A stretch of 64,000 nucleotides of DNA, from assembly GCA_002742885.1 (NCBI GenBank), contig PDOO01000034.1:6326-70325 (forward strand), written 5' to 3'. The stretch comes from Candidatus Cloacimonadota bacterium. GTDB lineage: Bacteria > Cloacimonadota > Cloacimonadia > Cloacimonadales > GCA-2742885. Position 1 is the stretch's first letter. Each line of letters begins with the position of its first letter. The notes below the pieces were generated by a model, which worked only from the letters and a program-made list of their open reading frames with translations, searched no databases and was not told where the DNA came from. Below are positions 47,590 to 57,103 of this stretch, piece after piece. Position numbers and translations under genes: made by a program.

Positions 47590-48519
47590 ATGTTGGGTTT
47601 TGTAAAAAGTCTTAAAGAAAAGCTTTCTAAAACACAAAAAAATATATTAGGAAAAATTTCCGATACTTTCAGCAGTTACGATGAAATTACGGATGATCTT
47701 TATGATGATTTGGAAGAAGTTTTGATTCAAGCGGATATGGGAGTAGATCTCAGCGCCGATGTAATCGATAAACTGAGAGAAGAAGTAAAAAGTCGTAAAA
47801 TAAAGAAATTGGAAGACGTTAAAGAGTTTCTCGGTTATATAATGGAATCCGTTTTGATCGAAGAGTACGATTCAGGACATAATACGGTGCAAGTCGGAAA
47901 ACAACGTCCTTACGTTATTCTCTTTATAGGAGTAAACGGAGTCGGGAAAACCACTACAATAGGAAAATTGGCAACCAGATTTGTTAAAGAAGGCAAAAGC
48001 GTCATGCTTATTGCCGGAGATACTTTCCGTGCAGCCGCTATCGAACAATTGACTATTTGGGCGGAAAGAAGCGGAGCTTTCATAGTGAAAAGCGTTCAAG
48101 ACGGAGATCCTTCCGCCATAGTTTTTGACGGATTAACTTCCGCCGTAAGCAAAAAAGTTGACGTGATAATGATTGATACTGCCGGAAGACAGCACAATAA
48201 AGTTAATTTGATGAACGAATTGGAAAAAATCGGCAGAACAATCAAAAAAGTTGTTCCGGATGCACCCCACGAAACGTTGCTCGTTGTAGATGCAACCACC
48301 GGACAAAATGCCGTATCGCAGGCAAGAATGTTTAATAAAGCCGTAAAATTGGACGGATTGGTTTTGACGAAGCTGGACGGAACCGCAAAAGGAGGCGTTG
48401 TTTTCGGAATTAAACACAGTCTGGATATTCCCGTAAAGCTTATAGGAGTAGGAGAAGCTCAGGATGATTTACGAGACTTTAATGCTGAAGAATACGTAAA
48501 TGCCGTTTTAGACAGATAA
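47590..48519 (+). CDS. ftsY: Signal recognition particle receptor FtsY
   Basis: 309 aa. GVNGVGKTTTIGKLA, DTAGR, LTKLDGTAKGG. Confidence 0.95.
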   Translation: MLGFVKSLKEKLSKTQKNILGKISDTFSSYDEITDDLYDDLEEVLIQADMGVDLSADVIDKLREEVKSRKIKKLEDVKEFLGYIMESVLIEEYDSGHNTVQVGKQRPYVILFIGVNGVGKTTTIGKLATRFVKEGKSVMLIAGDTFRAAAIEQLTIWAERSGAFIVKSVQDGDPSAIVFDGLTSAVSKKVDVIMIDTAGRQHNKVNLMNELEKIGRTIKKVVPDAPHETLLVVDATTGQNAVSQARMFNKAVKLDGLVLTKLDGTAKGGVVFGIKHSLDIPVKLIGVGEAQDDLRDFNAEEYVNAVLDR

Positions 48520-48545
48520 ACAGCGAGTTTAACATAAAATATAAA

Positions 48546-48574
48546 AGGCGACCTTTTTAGTCGCCTGTTTTTTT
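48546..48574. terminator. Bidirectional terminator between ftsY and the convergent membrane-protein gene
   Basis: AGGCGAC, 7-nt loop, GTCGCCT. The plus strand has a T7 run after it; the minus strand has TTTTAT. Confidence 0.75.
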
Positions 48575-48590
48575 ATAAAAACACAAACAT

Positions 48591-49121
48591 CTACTTTCGG
48601 TTGAAAAATCCGAGAAGTACTCCGAGAACCACCGACCAAACCGCAGCCAAACCGATTTGAAAATCCGTCGGCAACATAAATGTAACGGTATGCGCCGGAA
48701 TCCAAAACCATACCATGGATTTCATGCCTTTGTCCAATCCCGACCAATTTTTTTCTTTCAGTATTAAATTATCCAAAATCCTGTGAAAAATAACCATAAA
48801 TACACCGAACTGGAGATTACACATTGCTGAAATGCAAAAAGCTCTGAAAAATCCTTTGGATTTTACGGCAATCGGCAATAAATGATGATCCGCTAAATTA
48901 TTCACAAAACCTTTGAACCCCGTAAAAGCGTATTTTATGCAAACGGCAAGTATCGCCCAAACAATCATTTTCCAAAGAATTTCTTTAGCGGAAAAAGGGA
49001 GATAAAATTTTTTCTTAACAACCCATCGCGAGACAAATTCACCCAAAGTTCCCAAAAAGGCAAACTGGATTATTGCCGTAAGCAAAGGGTGAGCTTTTAC
49101 CAAAGAGATATAAATTTCCAT
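48591..49121 (-). CDS. Hypothetical 4-5 TM membrane protein
   Basis: 176 aa hydrophobic ORF. I could not assign a family with confidence. Confidence 0.5.
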   Translation of the reverse strand: MEIYISLVKAHPLLTAIIQFAFLGTLGEFVSRWVVKKKFYLPFSAKEILWKMIVWAILAVCIKYAFTGFKGFVNNLADHHLLPIAVKSKGFFRAFCISAMCNLQFGVFMVIFHRILDNLILKEKNWSGLDKGMKSMVWFWIPAHTVTFMLPTDFQIGLAAVWSVVLGVLLGFFNRK

Positions 49122-49170
49122 AATATTTTCCTGCTATGCGGAATAAGAATTTAATTAATAATTGTTTTTA

Positions 49171-49199
49171 AATAAAAAAGGGCTGTCCGAAAACAGCCC
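49171..49199 (-). terminator. gdhA terminator
   Basis: Minus strand: GGGCTGT, 6-nt loop, ACAGCCC, then TTTTTTATT. Confidence 0.75.
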
Positions 49200-49217
49200 G
49201 CAGATAAATATATTTTT

Positions 49218-50552
49218 TTATACAAGACCTTGGTCAAGCATAGAGTTGGCAACTTTCATAAAACCGGCAATATTGGCGCCTTTAACGTAATCAATGTAAT
49301 CGGCTTCTTTTCCGTATTCAACGCAAGCTTCATGAATGTCTTTCATGATTTTGAAGAGTTTTTCGTCAACTTCTTCGGATGACCAGTTGAATCTTAATGA
49401 GTTTTGGCTCATTTCAAGCCCTGAAACGGCAACACCGCCTGCATTAACGGCTTTACCCGGAGCAAAGTTTACTTTTGCAGCTTGGAAAGCATGAACGGCT
49501 TCAGGAGTACAACCCATGTTTGAAAGTTCGGCAACAAATTTTACGCCGTTGTCGATCAATGATTTTGCATCGTCTCCGTTCAATTCGTTTTGAGTTGCGC
49601 AAGGCATTGCTACATCACATTTCACGCCCCAAGGTTTTTCTTTCGGGAAGAATTTTGCATTAGGATATTTTTCGGCATAAGGAGCAACTACGTCGTTGTT
49701 GGAAGCGCGAAGTTCCAATAAGTAGTCGATTTTTTCGCCTGATACGCCTTCTTCATCCAAAACGTATCCGTCAGGACCTGAAACAGTGATAACTTTTCCG
49801 CCTAAGTGATTTATTTTGGTTGCAGCTCCCCAAGTAACATTACCGAATCCGGAAAGAGCAACTTTTTTACCTTTGAAATCTTCGCCTTTTACGGCAAGCA
49901 TGCTTTGAGCGAAATAAACGCCTCCGAAACCGGTAGCTTCGGGTCTGATAAGGCTTCCGCCCCAATTGCGACCTTTACCTGTCAAAACGCCGGTAAACTC
50001 GTTTCTGAGTTTTTTGTACATTCCGAACATGAAACCGATTTCTCTTCCGCCTACGCCGATGTCTCCTGCCGGAACGTCTGTATTAGGACCGATATGACGT
50101 TGCAATTCCATCATGAATGACTGGCAGAAACGCATAATTTCATTGTCTGATTTTCCTTTCGGATCAAAATCGGAACCGCCTTTACCGCCGCCCATAGGAA
50201 GGGTTGTAAGGCTGTTTTTAAAGATTTGTTCAAATCCAAGGAATTTCAAAATACTGAGGTTTACGCTCGGGTGGAAACGAAGTCCGCCTTTGTAAGGACC
50301 TATAGCACTGTTAAATTCAACACGGTATCCGCGGTTAACCATTACTTCGCCGTTGTCGCGTGACCACGGTACTCTGAACATTACAACTCTTTCCGGCTCA
50401 ACCATGCGTTCAAGAATTTTGGCTTCTACAAATTTCGGGTTGCTTTCGTAAGCTTCCCATACAGAATCAACAACTTCTGTTACTGCCTGTAAAAATTCAG
50501 GCTGGTTAGCGTTAATAGCCGCTACTTTATCAAGAAATTCCTTTTTGGTCAT
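49218..50552 (-). CDS. gdhA: NADP-specific glutamate dehydrogenase
   Basis: 444 aa. PMGGGKGGSDFDPKGKSD, GVGGREIGFMFG. Confidence 0.95.
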   Translation of the reverse strand: MTKKEFLDKVAAINANQPEFLQAVTEVVDSVWEAYESNPKFVEAKILERMVEPERVVMFRVPWSRDNGEVMVNRGYRVEFNSAIGPYKGGLRFHPSVNLSILKFLGFEQIFKNSLTTLPMGGGKGGSDFDPKGKSDNEIMRFCQSFMMELQRHIGPNTDVPAGDIGVGGREIGFMFGMYKKLRNEFTGVLTGKGRNWGGSLIRPEATGFGGVYFAQSMLAVKGEDFKGKKVALSGFGNVTWGAATKINHLGGKVITVSGPDGYVLDEEGVSGEKIDYLLELRASNNDVVAPYAEKYPNAKFFPKEKPWGVKCDVAMPCATQNELNGDDAKSLIDNGVKFVAELSNMGCTPEAVHAFQAAKVNFAPGKAVNAGGVAVSGLEMSQNSLRFNWSSEEVDEKLFKIMKDIHEACVEYGKEADYIDYVKGANIAGFMKVANSMLDQGLV

Positions 50553-50958
50553 AATAACCTCCGATTTTTTTTACTTTGATTCTTCTTTTTGCGAGTAATA
50601 TTTTTATGTCAAGCATTGTCGCCGATTTTTTGTTTTTATTTTAAATTTCATTAAAGGAAAAGAATGCATATTCCCCTTAATTAATTATTATACAAAAAGA
50701 TAAGAGTTATCCGAAAATCTTTAATATTTTTCGTTAAACTTTATTCCGATAATAAAAAAACGCTGTCTTTCTCAAAAATATCAATAGAAAAATAATAAAA
50801 GCGGATAAGTATGAAGACGATAAAGTTAAAAAGAAGCAATTTTTATCATAAACTCGAAAATTTATTGTTAAAATACCGATTTTTTTATCAATAATCTCGC
50901 AGTTGCCGGTTATATTTATCCGGATTATTAATTTTATTTATAAAGAAAAAAAATAAAA

Positions 50959-50988
50959 AAACTCCTTACCTCAATCGGCTCGGAGTTT
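50959..50988 (-). terminator. Possible terminator after the lipoprotein operon
   Basis: Minus strand: AAACTCC, 16-nt loop, GGAGTTT, then a T-rich run. The large loop lowers my confidence. Confidence 0.4.
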
Positions 50989-51011
50989 GATCAAAAAAAA
51001 GCGTAAATTTA

Positions 51012-52013
51012 TTAATCGGATAATCTGTCTATATAGCGATAGAATTTTTTTGTAAATTCCCGGGTAATTTTTCTTTGAATCGATCGGAAAGCAATCTCTT
51101 GAGCTCTTTCTCTGTCGGAACTTCCTTCTCGTCCTTTCAATCTCAGAAAAGCAATATCTTTATCTTTATTTTTTATGGATATATTTGCCCTGTAACTGAT
51201 AAATTTTTCAGGACGATTAAGCTTAACATCTTTAAATTCAATATTGCCCTTAACCTCTATTATCGGATCTTCTCCGGAAGAAAATCCCTGATCGGTAAGC
51301 ATTTCGTCAAAAATATCTTTAATATACCCGTCGCTGTCGTTTTTAATGTCAACGGAATAATAAACGGAAGCTGCGGCTTCCTCTTTATTTTGTCTTATTT
51401 TGCTTAAAGAATATTCAGGTTTGCAAAACTCGGCTGTTTCCGGAGAAATAATCATCAGCTGGTTCAGCAAATTCTTATTTGTCTCGGCAAAAATCTCGGC
51501 AACGGACAAAGCTGCGAATTTTTGGAAATTATTTTCCGACTTATCGGCTTTTGCAAGAAAAAATTCTGTTTGTTCCGAGTTATATTTGATTTTTTGTTCA
51601 TAAATATCGCCGGTTGAGAATCTTTCCGCATAAGCAACCGTAAAAACTTCTCCCGTTTCATCAGTAAAGTATTCTCCGAATTTAACGTTAAAAAGAGTTT
51701 GTCCGGAACTGACGGAAACCGATTTATTCGATTTCATTTCTTCGCTGACATCCGTTTTGTTGTTTACGGAAAGCTCTGAATAACGTTGAATCGTTGTTTC
51801 ATCAACCTTAATCTTACTTTCAAAAATTCTTGCCAAATTAGCGGCAGCATTATTTTCCGCATTATTTTTGGAATCCCCTTTTCCTATGGAAGCAAGATAC
51901 AAACTTTCCGGGTATTTTGATTTTATATCCGTCAGCCATTGAGGTTTTTCGGAAGATTTCCCGAACAAAACGGCAACGCCTAAAATTAATATTGTCAGAT
52001 ATATTTTTTTCAT
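51012..52013 (-). CDS. LPP20-like lipoprotein
   Basis: 333 aa with a signal peptide. YLASIGKGDSKNNAENNAAANLARIFESKIKV resembles the LPP20 family core. Confidence 0.5.
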   Translation of the reverse strand: MKKIYLTILILGVAVLFGKSSEKPQWLTDIKSKYPESLYLASIGKGDSKNNAENNAAANLARIFESKIKVDETTIQRYSELSVNNKTDVSEEMKSNKSVSVSSGQTLFNVKFGEYFTDETGEVFTVAYAERFSTGDIYEQKIKYNSEQTEFFLAKADKSENNFQKFAALSVAEIFAETNKNLLNQLMIISPETAEFCKPEYSLSKIRQNKEEAAASVYYSVDIKNDSDGYIKDIFDEMLTDQGFSSGEDPIIEVKGNIEFKDVKLNRPEKFISYRANISIKNKDKDIAFLRLKGREGSSDRERAQEIAFRSIQRKITREFTKKFYRYIDRLSD

Positions 52014-52048
52014 TTAACTTCTCCCGATGAAATAAGGGAAATCCCCTT

Positions 52049-53467
52049 TTATTTTAAATAATACGCTTCAATCAGATTTAAACCTTCCGTTCCTATGTAT
52101 TTATCCGGATAATTTCGGGTATGGATAACAACTCCCGAACCGTTTAAATATTCTATGCTGACATCATGCTTGCCCGGTTCAACTTCAAATTCCCCGACCA
52201 GAGCTTTAGCGGGGAAAAAACGAGAAATTCTCAAATCCGCGTTTTCGGTTGCGTCAACGGCAATATCGGTTGCCATGCGAGCAGCAAATCCCAGTAACGG
52301 ATTGTTCAATTTTTTCTCCATTTCGGATTTGCCTTTTTCGGAAAGCAAACCTTTGGCAACTGTTCTGGTTATGGTCTTCAAATAAATAATGGGAACTTTC
52401 AGCTCGTAAGTTTTTTCCGCAACATTGGCAATATCCTCAATAAGTTGAAGATTCCCGGCTTTTTTACCGTCGATTAAAACTCTGACAGACTTTACGTCGG
52501 AATGACGTTTTTCCATGAAAGGAGTTTGAAATTTAAAATGATAGCCTTTCTCTATGCCGGGCCAATATAAAGCATCAAGCTCTTTCAATTGTTGATTGCC
52601 GCGAGGATTTTCTCCTGTTTCCGCAATAACAAGAAGATTTTTTTCGCTGTGAATATAAAAAGTTTCGGCTTTTTTGTCAGGAGATTTTCCCGTAAAACCG
52701 ATTATGTTCAATTTGGCTTTTCCGGTAAAATCAAGATAAGAGTCAAGGTCGGGTTCTTTAAAGTTATAGATGCTTGACTGGAGTTTAAAAGCTTCATGAA
52801 TCTTTTCTTTGTCTATTCTTGCGTCATCCTGTTGATTTTCGGCACGATACATAAGCATTCCGAGATAACGCCCCAAAGCTGAATTATGAAATTTATTGTC
52901 GGCAGCTTTAAAATCCGCTTTTTTATCTGACGAAGAATTCAACTTCTCGGCTTTTTTCTGATATTTATCCTGCAATTGAGCAAGTTTTACGTTTATTCTT
53001 CTTATTTCGACGGAAGCGCTTTCAAAATCGTTAAGACCCAAATAATTCAAAGCTTTAAAAACATTCACATAGATATCTTCGTAAGGTTCTCCGGCATAAT
53101 CCAGGACATTGTCGTTGATCAATAAAGAAGTTGCCGCTTTGCTGACGCTTTTGGTAAAAAGTTCTTCCATGGCATCTTCGGCTTTGGAGAGCGATTCATT
53201 GCTCAATTCGTAATTTCCCCGGTAATGTTGAAGCATTCCCGTATCAAGATAATAAACAACCCTGTCTTTGGCTTTATAAAAATCATCTTTTTTGCTTTCT
53301 ATTTGATTAAGCAAAACGCCGTATTCTTCCTTAGCAAGCTTTTGCTCCATTCCTTCAAATTGGGATTTGAAAGTCTTGGTGTTTGCGCAGCCCGAAAGCA
53401 GCAACAGCATTAAAAATGTTGCTGCTCCGGATCTGAATATTTTTGATTTCAGAAGTTTCATTACCAT
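52049..53467 (-). CDS. Hypothetical lipoprotein (helical/TPR-like N-terminal half)
   Basis: 472 aa. Lipobox LLLSGC. Lies between the LPP20-like and LpoB-like genes, with a 7-nt overlap upstream. Confidence 0.5.
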   Translation of the reverse strand: MVMKLLKSKIFRSGAATFLMLLLLSGCANTKTFKSQFEGMEQKLAKEEYGVLLNQIESKKDDFYKAKDRVVYYLDTGMLQHYRGNYELSNESLSKAEDAMEELFTKSVSKAATSLLINDNVLDYAGEPYEDIYVNVFKALNYLGLNDFESASVEIRRINVKLAQLQDKYQKKAEKLNSSSDKKADFKAADNKFHNSALGRYLGMLMYRAENQQDDARIDKEKIHEAFKLQSSIYNFKEPDLDSYLDFTGKAKLNIIGFTGKSPDKKAETFYIHSEKNLLVIAETGENPRGNQQLKELDALYWPGIEKGYHFKFQTPFMEKRHSDVKSVRVLIDGKKAGNLQLIEDIANVAEKTYELKVPIIYLKTITRTVAKGLLSEKGKSEMEKKLNNPLLGFAARMATDIAVDATENADLRISRFFPAKALVGEFEVEPGKHDVSIEYLNGSGVVIHTRNYPDKYIGTEGLNLIEAYYLK

Positions 53468-54069
53468 TTAACCTTTTTTGATGAAACAAGTTTTTTTATT
53501 TTGTGTCCGCCCATCCAGACTTTTTCGTTGCTTTCGACGTTTATTAATTCAAGGTCAACTTGATAAAACTTAACTTTTTGTCCGTCATAAGCATCTATTA
53601 TCGTGTTGATCGTTCCTTTGAGCATGAAATCTGCGCCTGTTTCCTGAGCCAATCTTTTTGCTGTTTCGGCAGAAGCGTGTGTTTGCTGTTCTTGGCGTTC
53701 TTGGCGTATTTCATTGCGCTGATTGCTGTCTGCGACAAATTTTACTCTGCCGCTGTTGATTAATTCCCGTTCCATATCTTTTGTTATGGTTTGAGTGGGA
53801 ATATGTTCGGAACTGAGGTTTCTTACTTTTCCGACAATAACGGTCGGTTTGCGTCCGTATTCGTCTCTGAAATCGGAAACCCAAGGGCGAGACAGACAAT
53901 CTCCGATAACATTATTGGCAACGATTCTCGAATCCGAATCATTCCATCTTCCGCTTAAATCAACGGTTTTATCGGCTGCAGTTCTGGCAACTGTCCTGTT
54001 CTCTCCGCAAGATGCCAGAAAAAATGTCGCAAGCAAAACAATAATAGCGACGTAATTGATCTTTTTCAT
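53461..54069 (-). CDS. LpoB (YcfM)-like penicillin-binding-protein-activator family lipoprotein
   Basis: 202 aa. Lipobox LASC. The pattern VGKVRNLSSEHIPTQTITKDMERELINSGRVKFV...GADFMLKGTI...VDLELINVESNEKVW matches the family profile as I recall it. Confidence 0.55.
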   Translation of the reverse strand: MKKINYVAIIVLLATFFLASCGENRTVARTAADKTVDLSGRWNDSDSRIVANNVIGDCLSRPWVSDFRDEYGRKPTVIVGKVRNLSSEHIPTQTITKDMERELINSGRVKFVADSNQRNEIRQERQEQQTHASAETAKRLAQETGADFMLKGTINTIIDAYDGQKVKFYQVDLELINVESNEKVWMGGHKIKKLVSSKKVKW

Positions 54070-54102
54070 AAGATCCTCCTTATTTTATTATAGTTATGTT
54101 AT

Positions 54103-54906
54103 TTATAATCCGAATAAAAATTTCTTTTTAGGTTTTTCCGATTCCGTTATTTTCAGAGGTTTTACCGCCTGAATGCAATACCAATCCGTTTTTTTAGGAT
54201 CAGTGACAGACATATCTCCGAATTTAAAGAAACGGATGTTGTCATAGCCCATTTCTTTTAAAAACGAGTAAACGTCCTCCAGTTTAAAAGGATAATAAAT
54301 TGTATAAAATTGACGTTTTGAAACTATTTTGTTTTCCACTTCTTCAAAAATAAGATAATTTGTCGTAACGGAACCGTTTTTATTGTAATCCCACAGCTGA
54401 AGATAGTTTACTCTTCCTTTGTCTCTCAATATGGGATTAAAAAGATAAAATCTTTGTTTGCGTTCCAAAATAAGATCCCAATTTCTGGAATCGAAATACA
54501 AAACTCCTCCCGGTTTTAAAACTTTATCCATCTCCTCCAATCCCTTTCTAAGCTGATCGGGTTTGAGATGACCGATGGAATTTCCGGTACTCAGCACAGC
54601 ATCAAATTGACGGCTTACTTTTTTCGAAAGTTCGAGAATATCGGTTTTTTCCAATTGAGGAACAAGATTTCTTTTCGCAAAATTTTTTCGACATTGTCCC
54701 AGCATGTGTCGGTTTATGTCTGTTCCGGTAACAGTACAGCCCATTCTGGCAAAAGGGATTAAGTGAATACCGGTTCCGACAGTGCAATCCAAAACATTTC
54801 TTACGGGGAAATCTTTAAACGCCTGTTTAAAAAATTCGAACTCCGCATTTTCGTATTGCTCGGTAAAAAGCAAATCATGGGCTTCGGGGCAATCGTAAAA
54901 ATACAT
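54103..54906 (-). CDS. Class I SAM-dependent methyltransferase
   Basis: VLDCTVGTGIH (motif I), with GGVLYFD further on. Confidence 0.8.
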   Translation of the reverse strand: MYFYDCPEAHDLLFTEQYENAEFEFFKQAFKDFPVRNVLDCTVGTGIHLIPFARMGCTVTGTDINRHMLGQCRKNFAKRNLVPQLEKTDILELSKKVSRQFDAVLSTGNSIGHLKPDQLRKGLEEMDKVLKPGGVLYFDSRNWDLILERKQRFYLFNPILRDKGRVNYLQLWDYNKNGSVTTNYLIFEEVENKIVSKRQFYTIYYPFKLEDVYSFLKEMGYDNIRFFKFGDMSVTDPKKTDWYCIQAVKPLKITESEKPKKKFLFGL

Positions 54907-55049
54907 TAAGACCTCATAAAATCAAAATAAATTTAATTATTAAAAAAAAATCGCACTTTTAAAGTCAAGAAAAAGTATATCTCTTTTTGTGTTTCTGATT
55001 ATCTTGTCGGAATAAACGGAAAATCGGGGATTTTATGAAAAAAACGAGA

Positions 55050-56681
55050 TCATTCTATAAGGTGTCTTTTTATCTTTTTCGTCGGACTTTTTTCAAATTC
55101 TATGTTTCTTACCTTTACTCGGGATATTTTGGAATAATCAGGCAACTTCATATTGATTTCCCGACGCAACTTTTCAAACATTTTTTTGATTTCTTTTTCT
55201 TCGACGTTCTTTTTGTCGAGCATCGTAAAATCGGGATAGACCTGCAATAAAATCAAACCGTCTTTTTCATAAATAACGGATTCGGAGACAATATCGAAAC
55301 CGTTAACCTTCGCTTCTATTTCTTCGGGATAAATATTTTGTCCTCCGGAGCCTAAAATCATGTTTTTGGAACGTCCTCTGATATGGATATTTTGATTTTC
55401 GTCTATAAACCCGATATCGCCGGTATGCAGCCAACCATTTTTATCGATTACCGCATCGGTTGCTTCCTTGTTCTTATAATATCCGCTCATGCAATGAGTT
55501 CCTTTGACGACAATTTCTCCGACCGGATCACCCTTAGCGGCTTTGACTATTTTTACCTTCATGCCGCTGACTATTTTTCCGCATCCGCCTGTCGAACGAT
55601 TATTCCAGGGAGCATAACTTATAAGAGGTCCGCACTCGGTCATACCGTAACCGACCGTAAAGCGTAAACCTGTTTTATTAAAAAATTCTTCTACGTCTGT
55701 ATGCAAAGGAGCCCCGCCTATAACGATTTCTTTGTAATTTCCCCCGAAAGATTTTCTCAGAGATTTTTTGATGCTTTTATAAATAAGGTTTGAAATGCCG
55801 GGAATTTTAAGCAAAAATTTTATTTTGGGATCATCTAAGCGAGGTTTTATTTTTTTCCTGTAAATTTTTTCCATAATCAAAGGAACAGAAAGAATAAGAG
55901 CCGGTTTTACGTCGTCAAAAGCTTTTAAAATTGTTTTGGGAGAAGGAGTCTTATTCAAAAAAGAGATAAAACATCCGCAAGTAAAAGGAAAAAGAAATTC
56001 GAAAGCGCAACCGAAAGCATGAGCGAGAGGCAGAAAAGACAAAATTCTTTCGCCTCTTTCAAGTTTAAGATTTTTTGCGGCAAAAACAACATTTCCGTTT
56101 AAATTGCCGTGAGTAAGAATAACTCCTTTGGAAAATCCGGTTGTACCGGAAGTATATGCCAAGGCTGCCGGATCATTTTCTTCCGAATGTCCGTAATTCA
56201 AATCATTAATCAAGAATTCCGACTTTTCAGTATTTTTATTTATTTCTTCAACAGCTTTTTTATATTTTTCTTTAATTAATTCCGTTCGGAAATTTTCAAG
56301 ACTTATAACCGCTTTTAAAATATGATTAAGTTCCGGGTCAATATCATCCAAAAGTCCTGTTTCGGCAAATAAAACGGCGCTTTCCGAATGATGAGCAATA
56401 TGTTTTATGTCATCGGGATTAAAATCGGGAAGAACAGGGACAATAACCGCTCCGTAAGTAATTGCCGCCAAATAAACAACAGCCCAATTTGAACAGTTTT
56501 TACCGACTAAAGCAATTTTATCTTGTTTATTTATATCCAAAGCTTTAAACATATTATGCAATTTACGGATTTCAAAAGCGACATCGAAATAAGAAATTCC
56601 TTTCCCGGGATAATCCGCAAAAGATTTTTCGTTTTCGAATCGTTTTATACTGTCTTCCAAAAGATCGGTCAGCTTACTCAT
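55050..56681 (-). CDS. AMP-dependent acyl-CoA synthetase (long-chain fatty acid-CoA ligase-like)
   Basis: 543 aa. AYTSGTTGFSKGVILTHGN, YGMTE, TGDIG. Confidence 0.85.
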   Translation of the reverse strand: MSKLTDLLEDSIKRFENEKSFADYPGKGISYFDVAFEIRKLHNMFKALDINKQDKIALVGKNCSNWAVVYLAAITYGAVIVPVLPDFNPDDIKHIAHHSESAVLFAETGLLDDIDPELNHILKAVISLENFRTELIKEKYKKAVEEINKNTEKSEFLINDLNYGHSEENDPAALAYTSGTTGFSKGVILTHGNLNGNVVFAAKNLKLERGERILSFLPLAHAFGCAFEFLFPFTCGCFISFLNKTPSPKTILKAFDDVKPALILSVPLIMEKIYRKKIKPRLDDPKIKFLLKIPGISNLIYKSIKKSLRKSFGGNYKEIVIGGAPLHTDVEEFFNKTGLRFTVGYGMTECGPLISYAPWNNRSTGGCGKIVSGMKVKIVKAAKGDPVGEIVVKGTHCMSGYYKNKEATDAVIDKNGWLHTGDIGFIDENQNIHIRGRSKNMILGSGGQNIYPEEIEAKVNGFDIVSESVIYEKDGLILLQVYPDFTMLDKKNVEEKEIKKMFEKLRREINMKLPDYSKISRVKVRNIEFEKSPTKKIKRHLIE

Positions 56682-57103
56682 ATATACTCCGCATAACGCT
56701 TATTTTACCTGATAAGGTTGTATTATCTTTTTTGGGTTATTCAGGTTATTTTAATCATTTCCTAAATATCGGTATTTTCAATTCAGCAAAAAGAAAGATA
56801 AAATAAATATATGACTGAGGGCGGTCAAATCTTTTTTGAATATCGGGTTCTCGATTTACGATAAATTATATCAGACTTAAAATTTCGGGAAAGCGAATAC
56901 AAATTTCAGGGATCGGCAAAAACGGTTATTATAAAGAATAAGACGAGATAAAGGAAAAAGTTATTATTTAATTTCAAATTAACAAGTTAACCATATATTA
57001 ATCTCCGATTGACCGGAAACCGGCAAATAAATTAAAATCCGGAATTGACATATTAGGCGTTTAATTAATTTGACAAAGTAAAATAAAATAAAGGAAAACT
57101 GAG

